36,691 nucleotides of DNA, from NCBI GenBank assembly GCA_947258465.1, contig CAMYIQ010000006.1:1-36691 (forward strand), written 5' to 3'. The DNA is from an uncultured Erythrobacter sp. Its GTDB lineage: Bacteria > Pseudomonadota > Alphaproteobacteria > Sphingomonadales > Sphingomonadaceae. Positions 1-10,620 of the stretch are shown here, piece by piece. A program made the translations under genes and the position numbers. Positions within the stretch are counted from its first letter, which is position 1. Each line of letters opens with the position of its first letter. The notes below the pieces were generated by a model. It searched no databases. It was not told where the DNA came from and saw only the letters and a program-made list of their open reading frames with translations.

Positions 1-1
1 A

Positions 2-1177
2 GTCGCCTTTGCGCTGGAGAACCGCATCCCGGTTGTGCGCCGTGCGGAAATGCTGGCCGAGCTCATGCGGCTGAAGTCGACCGTTGCCGTGGCCGGAACC
101 CATGGCAAGACCACCACGACCAGCATGATCGCCGCACTGCTCGACGCGGGCGATATCGACCCCACAGTCATCAATGGCGGCATTATCGAGCAATATGGTT
201 CGAACGCACGCCTGGGCGACAGCGAATGGATGGTGGTCGAGGCCGACGAGAGCGACGGCAGCTTCCTGCGGCTCGATGGCACTATCGCCGTGGTCACCAA
301 TATCGACCCCGAACATCTCGAACACTATGGGGATTTCGACGGGGTGAAGGACGCCTTCGTGGAGTTCATCCACAATGTTCCGTTCTATGGCGCGGCGATC
401 CTGTGTATCGATAACGAGGAGGTGCAGGCGGTGATCGCCAAGGTCCGCGACCGCAATGTCGTAACTTATGGCTTCAACCTTCAGGCCGATATTTGCGGCG
501 TGAATGTGCGCCCCGATGCGGGCGGCAATTGTTTCGATGTCATTGTGCGCCGCCGGGGTCAGGAAGACCGGCGGATCGAAGGCGTGCGCCTGCCGATGCC
601 GGGCCGGCACAATGTCCAGAACGCGCTGGCCGCGATCGCGGTTTCGATCGAGATGGGGTGTCCCAACGAGGTAATCTGCAACGGCTTTTCCGCCTTTGGC
701 GGCGTCCGCCGGCGCTTTACCAAGGTGGGCGAGGTGCCGAGCGGCGATGGCGTGGCCACGATTATCGACGATTACGGCCATCACCCGGTCGAGATCAGGG
801 CCGTGCTCGACGCCGCGCGCGAAAGCGCCGGTGACGGGCGTGTGATCGCCGTGGTCCAGCCGCATCGCTATTCGCGTCTGCGCGATTTGATGGACGATTT
901 TCAAAGCTGCTTCAACGCGGCGGACGAGGTTTATGTCACGCCCGTATATGCTGCGGGCGAGGATCCGATCGACGGCGTCGATGCCGATGCGCTGGTTGCC
1001 GGTCTCAAGGCACGCGGTCACCGCGCCGCTGCGACGGTCGAGGACGAGGCGGACCTTGCCGAAAAGCTCGCGAATGATCTGCGCGCGGGCGATTTCGTGG
1101 TCTGCCTCGGCGCGGGCGACATCACGCAGTGGGCGGCAGGCCTGCAGAATGGCATTGCGAAGGCGACTACGGCATGA
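2..1177 (+). CDS. murC: UDP-N-acetylmuramate--L-alanine ligase (5' truncated by window edge)
   Basis: [15 protein letters not shown]-loop, [20 protein letters not shown] and QPHRYSR motifs. The frame is open to the window start ([18 protein letters not shown]). Confidence 0.97.
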   Translation, partial: VAFALENRIPVVRRAEMLAELMRLKSTVAVAGTHGKTTTTSMIAALLDAGDIDPTVINGGIIEQYGSNARLGDSEWMVVEADESDGSFLRLDGTIAVVTNIDPEHLEHYGDFDGVKDAFVEFIHNVPFYGAAILCIDNEEVQAVIAKVRDRNVVTYGFNLQADICGVNVRPDAGGNCFDVIVRRRGQEDRRIEGVRLPMPGRHNVQNALAAIAVSIEMGCPNEVICNGFSAFGGVRRRFTKVGEVPSGDGVATIIDDYGHHPVEIRAVLDAARESAGDGRVIAVVQPHRYSRLRDLMDDFQSCFNAADEVYVTPVYAAGEDPIDGVDADALVAGLKARGHRAAATVEDEADLAEKLANDLRAGDFVVCLGAGDITQWAAGLQNGIAKATTA

Positions 1178-2148
1178 GCGATCGCGACCAGCCCGGCGAT
1201 GCGAGAAACTGGGATAGCGGGATGGCGCCCGATTGCGAGGTCGAGGGCAGCATAGCCGCACCCATCGATATGCACGGCCTGCGCGGTAAACTCACACCCG
1301 ATGCGCCATTGGCCAAGCTGGTCTGGTTCAAATCGGGCGGCAAGGCGGACTGGCTGTTCGAACCGGCCGATCTCGACGATCTCAGACTGTTTCTCGAACG
1401 GCTGGGCGGCAACCTTCCGGTGATGGCGCTGGGCCTGGGCTCGAACCTGATCGTACGCGATGGCGGTGTTCCCGGCGTCGTCGTCAAGCTCGGCAAACCC
1501 TTTGCCGATATCGAGGTGGGCGACGATCACACGCTGACCTGCGGGGCGGGGGCGCATGGCATTTTGGTTGCATCGACAGCGCGCGATGCCGGGATTGCGG
1601 GGGTCGAATTCATGCGCGGTATCCCCGGTACGGTGGGCGGATTTGTCCGGATGAATGGCGGGGCCTATGGCCGCGAGGTCAGCGATGTGCTGATCGACTG
1701 CGACGTGATCCTTCCGGGCGGGCAATTCGTCACGCTTCCGGCGGCGGATTTGCGCTATAGCTATCGCCACTCCGTGCTGCCCGATGGTGCCGTGGTGGTC
1801 CGTGCCCGTTTCCAGGGCGAGCCCGGCGACCCCGAGATTATCGGCGCGAAGATGGACGAAATCGCCGAAGCGCGCGAAAATTCGCAGCCGCTGCGCACCA
1901 GAACGGGCGGTTCGACCTTCAAGAACCCGCCCGGCGAAAAGGCCTGGGAACTGGTCGATGCGGCCGGGTGCCGCGGGTTGAAGATGGGCGGCGCGCAGGT
2001 GAGCGAGAAGCACACCAATTTCCTTATCAATGTCGACGATGCGACCAGCGCCGACATCGAGGGGCTGGGCGAGGAGGTGAAACGCCGGGTCTATGCGAAT
2101 TCGGGCGTCGAGCTCGAATGGGAAATTCAGCGCGTGGGACGGCCGTAA
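1174..2148 (+). CDS. murB: UDP-N-acetylenolpyruvoylglucosamine reductase
   Basis: [35 protein letters not shown] and KHTNFLIN motifs. ATG at 1174 overlaps the murC stop (ATGA). Confidence 0.96.
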   Translation: MSDRDQPGDARNWDSGMAPDCEVEGSIAAPIDMHGLRGKLTPDAPLAKLVWFKSGGKADWLFEPADLDDLRLFLERLGGNLPVMALGLGSNLIVRDGGVPGVVVKLGKPFADIEVGDDHTLTCGAGAHGILVASTARDAGIAGVEFMRGIPGTVGGFVRMNGGAYGREVSDVLIDCDVILPGGQFVTLPAADLRYSYRHSVLPDGAVVVRARFQGEPGDPEIIGAKMDEIAEARENSQPLRTRTGGSTFKNPPGEKAWELVDAAGCRGLKMGGAQVSEKHTNFLINVDDATSADIEGLGEEVKRRVYANSGVELEWEIQRVGRP

Positions 2149-2157
2149 GGATCAGCA

Positions 2158-3132
2158 ATGACCGATCTTTCCAAACTCCATATCGCCGTGCTGATGGGTG
2201 GCTGGGCCAATGAACGGCCCGTTTCGCTGATGTCGGGCGAGGGTGTGGCCAAAGCGCTGGAAGAGCGCGGCCACAAGGTGACGCGGATCGACATGGATCG
2301 TCAGGTGGCCGCGCGCATCGCGGAGGCCGCGCCCGATGTGGTGTTCAATGCGCTGCACGGCGTGCCGGGCGAGGATGGCAGCGTGCAGGGCATGCTCGAC
2401 CTGATGGGCATTCCCTATACCCATTCCGGCCTGGCGACTTCGGTAATCGCCATCGACAAGCAACTGACCAAGCAGGCGCTGGTGCCGCATGGCATCCCGA
2501 TGCCCGGCGGGCGCATCGTCAGAAGCGCGGACCTGTTCGAGCGCGATCCGATGCCGCGCCCCTATGTGCTGAAACCCGTCAACGAAGGCAGTTCGGTGGG
2601 GGTGGCCATCGTTACCGAGGAAGGCAATTACGGTAATCCGATCGCGCGCGATGCCGAGGGGCCGTGGCAGGACTTCGCGGAATTGCTGGCCGAACCGTTC
2701 ATCCAAGGCCGCGAAATGACCACCGCAGTGGTGGATTTCGAAGACGGCCCGCGCGCGCTCGGCGTGACCGAATTGAAACCCAAGAGCGGTTTTTACGATT
2801 TCGACGCGAAATATACCGATGGCATGACGGATCATGTCTGCCCTGCCGAAATCCCCGCGAATATAGAGAAGCTGTGCCTCGACTACGCGCTCAAGGCCCA
2901 TAGGCTGCTCGGGTGTCGTGGCACGAGCCGGACCGACTTTCGCTGGGACGAGAGGCAGGGCGAAGAGGGTCTGTTCATCCTCGAGACCAACACGCAGCCG
3001 GGCATGACTCCGCTCAGCCTGGTGCCGGAACAGGGCAGACATGCCGGCATCGAATATGGCGAGCTGTGCGAGCTGGTAGTGGCCGCCGCGCTGCGCCGGC
3101 ATGCGGGTAAATCTGGTGACGGCGATGGCTAA
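2158..3132 (+). CDS. ddl: D-alanine--D-alanine ligase
   Basis: LMGGWANERPVSLMSG, ALHGVPGEDG, EGSSVGV, FYDFDAKY and ETNTQPGMTPLSL motifs; dcw cluster position. Confidence 0.97.
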   Translation: MTDLSKLHIAVLMGGWANERPVSLMSGEGVAKALEERGHKVTRIDMDRQVAARIAEAAPDVVFNALHGVPGEDGSVQGMLDLMGIPYTHSGLATSVIAIDKQLTKQALVPHGIPMPGGRIVRSADLFERDPMPRPYVLKPVNEGSSVGVAIVTEEGNYGNPIARDAEGPWQDFAELLAEPFIQGREMTTAVVDFEDGPRALGVTELKPKSGFYDFDAKYTDGMTDHVCPAEIPANIEKLCLDYALKAHRLLGCRGTSRTDFRWDERQGEEGLFILETNTQPGMTPLSLVPEQGRHAGIEYGELCELVVAAALRRHAGKSGDGDG

Positions 3133-4033
3133 GGTCAAACGCAAGCCCGCCGGTGTGCGCCGCTCGGCCGCGGCGCGCAGCCGCAGCCAGAAGGCCCGCG
3201 CGGCGAAGCGCCACACCAGCGGTCTGCTCGATCGGATAATGGGGGCTTTGCCCTTCACCGAAGAGCAGTGGCACAAGTTTTTCCTGTTCGCGATCGTCGC
3301 GACCGCCATCGGCATCGCCTGGACCATTGCGAGCTATGCCGGCGTACCGGATTTGGCCAGGGCGGAACTGGCCAAGTCGGCCTCGCGCTCCGGTTTCGAG
3401 GTCAGCCGGGTCAGCGTGTCGGGTGTAGAGCAGATGAACGAACGGCTGGTATATGAACGCGTATTGGCCGAACGGGATCGCCCGATGCCGCTCGTGGATC
3501 TCGAGGAGGTCCGCGAACGCCTGCTGGAATTGCCCTGGGTGTCGGATGCGCGCGTTTCGCGCCAACTGCCCGATACGCTCAAGGTCGATATCGTCGAACG
3601 CGTTCCGCATGCGGTTCTCCGCAAGCCCGACCGTCTGGTTCTGATCGACCCCAAGGGCCACGAACTGGAGCCGATCAGCGCGAAGAAGGCCGAAGGCAAG
3701 CTTCTGATCGAGGGGCCGGGGGCCGCGCGGCAGGTCGAGGAGCTGGGCAGGTTGCTCGACGCCGCACCGGCGCTCAAGCCCCATATCGCATCGGCCGAGT
3801 GGGTCGGCAACCGGCGCTGGAACCTGACCTTCAAGACCGGGCAATTGCTGGCGCTTCCCGAAGGCGAGCTGGGCCCGCCCGCGCTGGTGAAGTTCGCCCA
3901 GCTCGACGGCATGCACCGCTTGATCGGCGGCAAGCCCGTGGCGATCGACATGCGCGTTCCCGACCGCGCCTATCTGCGCTGCGAAGACGGACCCTGCCCG
4001 AAGCAGATGTCCCTCAACGGAAGGGGGCGGTAG
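3125..4033 (+). CDS. ftsQ: Cell division protein FtsQ
   Basis: Basic cytoplasmic N-terminus, one TM segment, POTRA-like LPWVSDARVSRQLPDTLKVDIVER, RRWNL and IDMRVPDR. Lies between ddl and ftsA. Confidence 0.93.
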   Translation: MAKVKRKPAGVRRSAAARSRSQKARAAKRHTSGLLDRIMGALPFTEEQWHKFFLFAIVATAIGIAWTIASYAGVPDLARAELAKSASRSGFEVSRVSVSGVEQMNERLVYERVLAERDRPMPLVDLEEVRERLLELPWVSDARVSRQLPDTLKVDIVERVPHAVLRKPDRLVLIDPKGHELEPISAKKAEGKLLIEGPGAARQVEELGRLLDAAPALKPHIASAEWVGNRRWNLTFKTGQLLALPEGELGPPALVKFAQLDGMHRLIGGKPVAIDMRVPDRAYLRCEDGPCPKQMSLNGRGR

Positions 4034-5319
4034 TGGCGACTGCGCAGCCCCGCATTACCCGCGTGTTCGGCGCCGTGAACATCGGATCGTTCCGCGTGTC
4101 CGCCATGATCATGGGGGAAGCGGAAGGGGGCGAAATGATCGTGCTGGGGTCCAGCCACCGCGCCAGCGACGGTATCAAGCGCGGCTACGTCACCGATATG
4201 CGCGCTGCCAGCCATGCGATCCGCACTGCGGTCGAAAAAGCCGAGGCAAATGCCAACACGTCGATTCAGAGCGTGTGGATCGGTTGCGCGGGCGCGGGCC
4301 TGTCGAGCAAGATTTCGAGCGTCGAGATCGCCATTGGCGGTCGCCGCATCGAAGAGGACGATATCGAACATCTCCTCTATGCCGCGCGCGATCATCTGCA
4401 TCCCGACGGGCGCATGGTGTTGCATGCGCAGCCCGCTCACTACACCCTGGATGGCGCGCATGGCGTCGCCAACCCCAAGGGCCTTCACGCCGAAGCGCTG
4501 GGGGTCGATGTGCACGTCACTCTCGCCGAGGGCGCGCCGGTGCGGAATCTGATTGAGGCCGTTCAGACGGCGCATCTCGATGTGGAAGGTGTGGTCGCGA
4601 GCCCCCTGGCGGCTGCGCATGCCTGTCTTACGCGAGAGGAACGCGAACTGGGCGTCGCGCTGGTCGAAATCGGCGCGCAGGTGACCAATGTATCGGTCCA
4701 CGCCGCAGGTATGCTGCTGGGTCTGAAATCGATCCCGATCGGATCGAACGACATCACCGATGCGATTGCTTCGTCGCTGGGTATCCGGCGCAGCCAGGCG
4801 GAACGGCTCAAATGTGTGGCCGGGTCGGCAATTGCCACGCCGACCGATCATCGCGAGATGATCCCCGTCAACGGGCCGGGCGAGGAAGCGGGCGGACCGC
4901 TCGCTCGCGGTGCGGACGAACACAACCGCATCGCCCGGGCCGAACTCGTCTCGATCGTCACCGACCGGCTGGGAATCGCCACTGGCGAAATCGGCAAGGC
5001 GCTCAAGACGATGGGCTTTGCGGGCGCGCAAGGGGGGCAAGTCGTGCTCACCGGCGGCGGCGCGGAACTGCACGGCATTGCCGAATTCATGCAGGGCGCG
5101 CTGGGACAGCCGGTGCGGATCGGCAAGCCCCCTTCGCTGCAGGGCCTGCCCGAAGCGCATGCGACACCCGGTTTCGCGACATTGGCGGGCCTGTGTCTTT
5201 ATGCGGCAGACGACCCCGTCGACATCCGATCGGTAGGCCCGCGGTTCCAGCCGACCAAGCGCTATCGGGGCATGGGTCTGGTCAACCGTGTCTTTCAAGC
5301 GGTGCGCGAGTATTTCTGA
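4033..5319 (+). CDS. ftsA: Cell division protein FtsA
   Basis: GTG at 4033 overlaps the ftsQ stop. Actin-like ATPase motifs (NIGSFRV, VEIGAQVT, AERLK, VVLTGGGAEL) and C-terminal amphipathic helix VNRVFQAVREYF. Confidence 0.94.
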   Translation: MATAQPRITRVFGAVNIGSFRVSAMIMGEAEGGEMIVLGSSHRASDGIKRGYVTDMRAASHAIRTAVEKAEANANTSIQSVWIGCAGAGLSSKISSVEIAIGGRRIEEDDIEHLLYAARDHLHPDGRMVLHAQPAHYTLDGAHGVANPKGLHAEALGVDVHVTLAEGAPVRNLIEAVQTAHLDVEGVVASPLAAAHACLTREERELGVALVEIGAQVTNVSVHAAGMLLGLKSIPIGSNDITDAIASSLGIRRSQAERLKCVAGSAIATPTDHREMIPVNGPGEEAGGPLARGADEHNRIARAELVSIVTDRLGIATGEIGKALKTMGFAGAQGGQVVLTGGGAELHGIAEFMQGALGQPVRIGKPPSLQGLPEAHATPGFATLAGLCLYAADDPVDIRSVGPRFQPTKRYRGMGLVNRVFQAVREYF

Positions 5320-5354
5320 GGGTTGATACGCGGCGCAATCCCGCCTTTAGCCCT

Positions 5355-5363
5355 TGTGGATAA
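5355..5363 (-). promoter_or_regulatory. Perfect DnaA box upstream of ftsZ
   Basis: TGTGGATAA, read as TTATCCACA on the minus strand. Two GANTC sites (5386-5390, 5447-5451) lie in the same intergenic region. Confidence 0.6.
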
Positions 5364-5454
5364 GGCACATAAGGCTGCGGCCTGCGATTCGCTTTGTGCC
5401 AGAGTTGTGACATAAAGTCGGCAACGCGACTTTCGAATACCCAGGGGACTCTCG

Positions 5455-7254
5455 ATGAGTATCAATATCGGACCGGCATCTGACGACGATCTTCGTCCCA
5501 GGATCATGGTCGTTGGCGTCGGCGGTGCGGGCGGCAATGCCATCGCCAACATGATGCAGGCTGAAATCGAAGGCGTCGATTTCATCGTTGCCAATACCGA
5601 TGCTCAGGCCTTGAGCACCTCCGCATCCGAAAAGCGCATCCAGCTCGGACCCGATATCACCGGCGGTCTCGGCGCGGGCGCGCGCCCCGAAGTGGGCAAG
5701 GCCGCGGCCGAGGAAACGGTCGATGAGATCGAAGATGCGCTCGACGGCGTGAACATGGTGTTCATCGCGGCCGGCATGGGCGGCGGCACCGGGACCGGCG
5801 CGGCGCCGGTCATCGCCGAAGCGGCGCGCAAGAAAGGCGTGCTGACCGTCGGCGTGGTGACCAAGCCGTTCCTGTTCGAAGGCACGCGCCGTATGCGCGC
5901 GGCGGAAGCCGGCATCGACGAGCTGCAAAAGCATGTCGATACGCTGATCGTCATTCCCAACCAGAACCTGTTCCTGGTGGCCAAGGCGGAAACGACCTTC
6001 AAGGAAGCCTTCATGCTCGCCGACGAGGTGTTGCAGCAGGGCGTTCGGTCGATCACCGATCTGATGGTCATGCCGGGCCTGATCAATCTCGATTTCGCGG
6101 ACGTGCGCTCGGTGATGAGCGAAATGGGCAAGGCGATGATGGGTACGGGCGAGGGCGAGGGCGACAATCGTGCGCTCGAGGCGGCCGAACATGCGATCGC
6201 CAACCCCCTGCTCGACGGTGTGTCCATGGCCGGTGCCAAGGGCGTTATCATCTCGATCATCGGCGGCGAAGACATGAAGCTGCTCGAGGTCGATGAGGCG
6301 GCGAACCACATTCGCGAACTGGTCGACGAAGATGCCAACATCATCTGGGGCAGCGCTTTCAACCCCGACCTCGAGGGCAAGATCCGCGTCTCGGTCGTCG
6401 CCACGGGGATCGAACCGGACGGGTCGGTCGCGGCTGCGCCCTCGCGCGCCTTTTCCATGCGCGAAAGCAGGGCTCCGAAGCGCCCGGTGCTCGATGTGCC
6501 GAGCGAAGATCCGGCCGAAGAGGAGCCGTTCGAGCTGAACGAGGGGCTTTCCGCCGATCCCGAACCGCAGCAGCCCGGCCATGCGGCTGAAGCCCCGTCC
6601 GAACCCGAACAGGCCGCGACGGAGGCGGATGCTCTCGATCTCACGGAGGAAATGGACACCGCGGGCGGCGCGCAGCCCTTCGGCCTGACCCCGGCGACCT
6701 CGGGTTCCTCGGCTGGTGAGGGCGAAGACCACTATGACGACGTCGACGACATCGTCGATCCGCTCGCCGGCTTGCGCAACGAACATACCGAACGTTTCGA
6801 CGCCACCGACGACGAGGGTGTTCCCGAACCTGCCGATGACAGGGAATTCGGCGGAGCCCCAGCCACGGAAGGATGGAACGAGGATCGTTCCGCGTCTGGC
6901 CGCTCGGGCGGAAACGAACCCGGGGGCGAGAGCCCTCAGGATGAATTCGAGCTTGGCGACGAGCACCTTGCCACCGAAAGCCCGCTTGCGACCAAACCCG
7001 GCCGCAAGCAGCCCGTGCTTCCGGGAGATGGCCCGGCGGGCGAGAATGCGACCGGCGCCGGTGGTTCGTCGGCCGGTCAGAGCGGTGGCGGCAGCGGCGC
7101 GCTGCCGGGCAATACGCTGTTCGAACGCATGGCCAATCTCTCCCGCGGGGCCGGCGGCGCCGATGCCGAGGACGAAGGTGAAGACGACGACAATGGTGAA
7201 AGCGGCGGCGGACTTAATATTCCGCGCTTTCTCGGGCGCCAGAACAACCAGTAA
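5455..7254 (+). CDS. ftsZ: Cell division protein FtsZ with long acidic linker
   Basis: [18 protein letters not shown] tubulin signature, INLDFADV, C-terminal core peptide [12 protein letters not shown]. Confidence 0.99.
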   Translation: MSINIGPASDDDLRPRIMVVGVGGAGGNAIANMMQAEIEGVDFIVANTDAQALSTSASEKRIQLGPDITGGLGAGARPEVGKAAAEETVDEIEDALDGVNMVFIAAGMGGGTGTGAAPVIAEAARKKGVLTVGVVTKPFLFEGTRRMRAAEAGIDELQKHVDTLIVIPNQNLFLVAKAETTFKEAFMLADEVLQQGVRSITDLMVMPGLINLDFADVRSVMSEMGKAMMGTGEGEGDNRALEAAEHAIANPLLDGVSMAGAKGVIISIIGGEDMKLLEVDEAANHIRELVDEDANIIWGSAFNPDLEGKIRVSVVATGIEPDGSVAAAPSRAFSMRESRAPKRPVLDVPSEDPAEEEPFELNEGLSADPEPQQPGHAAEAPSEPEQAATEADALDLTEEMDTAGGAQPFGLTPATSGSSAGEGEDHYDDVDDIVDPLAGLRNEHTERFDATDDEGVPEPADDREFGGAPATEGWNEDRSASGRSGGNEPGGESPQDEFELGDEHLATESPLATKPGRKQPVLPGDGPAGENATGAGGSSAGQSGGGSGALPGNTLFERMANLSRGAGGADAEDEGEDDDNGESGGGLNIPRFLGRQNNQ

Positions 7255-7302
7255 CCGGGCCGTGTCGGTACGATCCGGCGCTCCTTTTGCGAGAGTGGCA
7301 CC

Positions 7303-8922
7303 ATGAGTTCGATGCGGCGAATGGCGTCGGCGGCGGCGCTGCTGGCTCTTATGGCGTTGCCCGGGACTGCTTCCGCGCAGCGCGAGATCGTCCAGCCGCT
7401 GCCTGCACCGGGCGAGCGCCAGCTAAGCGACGCGCTTTCGCGGCTCGCGCGCAATGCGACCGATGTGGGCGCTTTGCTCGATGCGGGCGAGGCGGCGCTC
7501 GAACTAAACGATATCGATGCGGCGATCGGCTTTTTCGGGCGCGCCAACGAGCTTTCTCCCGGCAATTCTCGGACGAAAGTCGGCCTGGCCCGTGCCTACA
7601 CGCGGTCTCGCAGACCTGTGGAAGCCCTGCGGCTTTTCGCGGAAGCGGAAGCGGCGGGTGTCGCCAATGCGCGCATGGCGGAAGAACGCGGGCTGGCCTT
7701 CGATCTCGTGGGCGATGCGGCGAGCGCGCAAACGCTGTACCGGCTGGCGCTGGCCAATGGAGCCGGCGATGGGGTGACGCGGCGCCTAGCGCTCAGCCAG
7801 GCGATTTCGGGCGATCGCGAAGGGTTCGAAGCGACTTTGCTGCCCTTGCTCGAGCGCGGCGATGTCGCGGCATTCCGGACGCGAGCCTTCGGCCTGGCGA
7901 TTCTCGGCGATGCGCGCGAAGCGAAGGATATCGCAAATACCATGCTGCCGACCGGCCTCGGCTCGCGCATGGCCGCCTATTTCGACTATATGCCGCGGCT
8001 GACCAAGGCGCAGCAGGCCGCCGCAGGCAATCTGGGCGTCTTCCCGCGTATCGCCAGTATCGGCACCGACGATGCGGGTATCGCCGAATATTCCCCGGCG
8101 CCGCCGCAGATTGCCCGCGCGTCGGCCCCGGCGGCCGTTCCAAGCCCCGCCCCGGCGCAGAGCATGTCCAGCCAGGCCGACGACCGTGGGGACCGGTAGC
8201 GTCCGGACATTGCGCGCAGCCCGGCGGGCGAAGAGCGCTCATCCTCCTCCGCAACGCCGCCGGAACCGGTATCGCCACCGGCCGCTACCGCTCCCACGCG
8301 AAACGCCGCAGCGCGACCCGTTGCCGATCGGGAAACCCTGCCGGCTTCGGGCCTTCGCGATGAACCGGTTGTCGTCGCGCAGGCCAGTCCGGCTGGCGCG
8401 GCCCGGTCGGCGGCTGAAGCACCCTCGGCATCGATGCCCTTGTCCGAGCCGCCGCAGCAGCCACAATCCGCAGCGGGGCCGACGCCAGAACCGGAGCAGG
8501 CTTTCGAGCCCGCGCCTCGTTCTGTCGCCGATGCCTTCAGCAGCTTTACGCTCGAACCGGGCTCGACCTCGCCGGGGTCGAATGGTGCCGTGGACATCAC
8601 CCAAATCGATATTCCGCGTGAGCAAGCTCGGCCCAAGCCCCCGCCACCTCCCGTTCACCCCGCGCGTCACTGGGTGCAGGTGGCGACCGGCAAGGACAGG
8701 AATGCCCTGAAGTTCGACTGGCGCCGGATTTCCCGAAAGGCTGGCGGCAAGCTGGACGACAAGGGGCCGTTCGTGACCCCGTGGGGGGAGGCCAACCGGC
8801 TTTTGTCCGGACCTTATGGCAGTGCCAAGAAGGCGCGTGAAATGGTCAATGAACTCAGGAAGTTGGATGTGGATTCCTTTCCCTTCACCAGCGCCGAGGG
8901 CGAGGCGATCGACACGCTCTGA
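7303..8922 (+). pseudogene. Exported TPR + Pro/Ala linker + SPOR-domain protein interrupted by one in-frame TAG (8197-8199)
   Basis: ORF 7303-8199 (signal peptide, TPR helices) and ORF 8434-8922 (HWVQVATG..RLLSGPY, SPOR-like) share one frame, with no other stop between 8200 and 8919. Confidence 0.7.
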
Positions 8923-9071
8923 CCTTCGCGAGGGTTAATGCGCGGCGGGGTTTTGTTCACAAGCTTTGCACAAGCCTTAGCGGTTCTCCCCAGCGCCGAC
9001 CGCCTCTTCCATTGCCAAGCGACGGTGCGTTTCTGCATCCCCCATCATATGACGCGCAGGGGACAGCTTCG

Positions 9072-9575
9072 ATGAGACCATCAGAAGACCGCTACGAAGT
9101 CGAGGAGGACGCAGCGCCGCTCGACATGCTGGTCGCATTGTTCGAAGCGCGCGGTTGGCCCTGCGATTCGACTCCGACCGAAATGAGCGGGGAAATCCAG
9201 GGGAGCTGGACCAAATACCAAGTGCGCGGCATCTGGCGCCTCGACGATATGGTGCTGCAGATCCTCTGCCTGCCCGACATCCGGATTTCGACGGACAAGC
9301 TGGCGCCCGCGCACGAACTGGTCAGTCTGGTGAACGAGCAGATGTGGCTCGGCCACTTCGACATCTGGTCGAATGGCGGCGTGCTGCTTTACCGCAACGC
9401 TACCATGCTGGGCGACGATGGGTTGCTCAGCCTGGGCCAGGCGCAGGCGCTGGTGGAAATCGCCGTCGACGAATGCGACCGGTTCTATCCCGCGTTCCAG
9501 TTCGTCTTGTGGGGAGGGCGCACGCCTTCGGAAGCGCTGGAAGCGGCCATGGTCGACGCGGCGGGCGAGGCCTGA
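9072..9575 (+). CDS. YbjN-domain protein
   Basis: LVNEQMWLGHFDIW and ECDRFYPAFQFVLWGG motifs typical of alphaproteobacterial YbjN-like proteins; GGGA RBS upstream of ATG 9072. Confidence 0.8.
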   Translation: MRPSEDRYEVEEDAAPLDMLVALFEARGWPCDSTPTEMSGEIQGSWTKYQVRGIWRLDDMVLQILCLPDIRISTDKLAPAHELVSLVNEQMWLGHFDIWSNGGVLLYRNATMLGDDGLLSLGQAQALVEIAVDECDRFYPAFQFVLWGGRTPSEALEAAMVDAAGEA

Positions 9576-9710
9576 CCCGAGCCCTGGCAAACGGTTGATT
9601 GCCATTAGGGTTAACCGATCCGGTTTCGCTTGAAATCGGGGGGCAAAACCCCGATATTCCCGTTCAGGAGCAGGGCGTATCTTCGCGCTGCCAAGAGGAG
9701 TTGCATCAAG

Positions 9711-10451
9711 ATGGCCAATTGGAACGACACCGACCAGAGGCAGGGCTTCGGCACCGTGCCGCGCGCTGGCGACGCCGTTGCCAGGCAAGAAACATTCGAC
9801 GCTGGGCTGCGCAAGCACATGCTGTCGATCTACAATTACATGACTTCGGGCGTATTGCTGACCGGCATCGTCGCCTTGTTAACTGCGCGGAGCGGCCTTG
9901 CGCTGACCTTCGCCAGCGGTCCGCTGATGTGGATCGTTGCCTTGGCTCCGCTTGGATTCGTCCTTGCGATGAGTTTCGGCCTCAACAAGATGAGCAGGGG
10001 CACTCTGCAGGTGCTTTTCTGGTCTTTCGCGATCGTCATGGGTCTGTCGATGTCGACGATCTTCCTGCGGTTTACCGGGGAATCGATCGCCGCCACCTTC
10101 TTCGCCACTGCGGGCGCATTCGCCGGTCTCAGCCTGTTCGGCTATACGACCAAGAAGAACCTTCAGGGCTTCGGCACCTTCCTCGTGATGGGTGTCATCG
10201 GCCTGTTGATCGCCATGGTGATCAATATCTTTCTCCAGTCGAGCACGATGCAGCTGGCCATCAGCTTCATCGGGGTGCTGATCTTCGCGGGCCTCACCGC
10301 CTACGACACGCAACGTTTGAAGCGCGAGTATCAATATCTGCGCGGCACCGAGTTCGCCGGCAAGGCGATCATCATGGGCGCGCTGAGCCTTTATCTCGAT
10401 TTCATCAATATGTTCATGTTCCTGCTGCAGTTCATGGGCAACCGCGAATAG
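9711..10451 (+). CDS. Bax inhibitor-1/YccA family membrane protein
   Basis: DAGLRKHMLSIYNYM, about 7 TM segments, AGLTAYDTQRLK, GALSLYLDFINMF; AGGAG RBS at 9696-9700. Confidence 0.93.
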   Translation: MANWNDTDQRQGFGTVPRAGDAVARQETFDAGLRKHMLSIYNYMTSGVLLTGIVALLTARSGLALTFASGPLMWIVALAPLGFVLAMSFGLNKMSRGTLQVLFWSFAIVMGLSMSTIFLRFTGESIAATFFATAGAFAGLSLFGYTTKKNLQGFGTFLVMGVIGLLIAMVINIFLQSSTMQLAISFIGVLIFAGLTAYDTQRLKREYQYLRGTEFAGKAIIMGALSLYLDFINMFMFLLQFMGNRE

Positions 10452-10489
10452 AGCCAAGCTGCTCGTCGCACGTAGGAATCGTCTGATCG

Positions 10490-10526
10490 TGCCCGGGGTG
10501 CAATCGGCATCCCGGGCATTTTCTTT
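10490..10526 (+). terminator. Rho-independent terminator
   Basis: Stem TGCCCGGGGTGC/GCATCCCGGGCA followed by TTTTCTTT. Confidence 0.8.
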
Positions 10527-10620
10527 GCCCGCAGGTCAGGCTAGACAGTCGGCTTCATCCCCCGTCAAGGGAGAGCGGGGCAGGATGAACGCCAGCTTTA
10601 TCGAGGAGGGTCAGCGGGCC

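Noticed and set aside
5347-6966. 539-aa antisense ORF opposite ftsZ, and similar long shadow ORFs opposite ddl, ftsA, rarA (12309-13964), lysA/cysG (28358-29728) and the MDR gene
   Set aside because: Expected by-product of high-GC codon bias on the opposite strand of conserved genes; no recognisable motifs or RBS.
8197-8260. Pyrrolysine or selenocysteine recoding at the in-frame stop
   Set aside because: The codon is TAG, not TGA; it lies in a disordered linker rather than a catalytic site; and no pyl or sel machinery is in view.
9590-9620. GGTTAACC near the BI-1/YccA promoter as a CtrA site
   Set aside because: Only a half-site; there is no second TTAA at 7-nt spacing on either strand.
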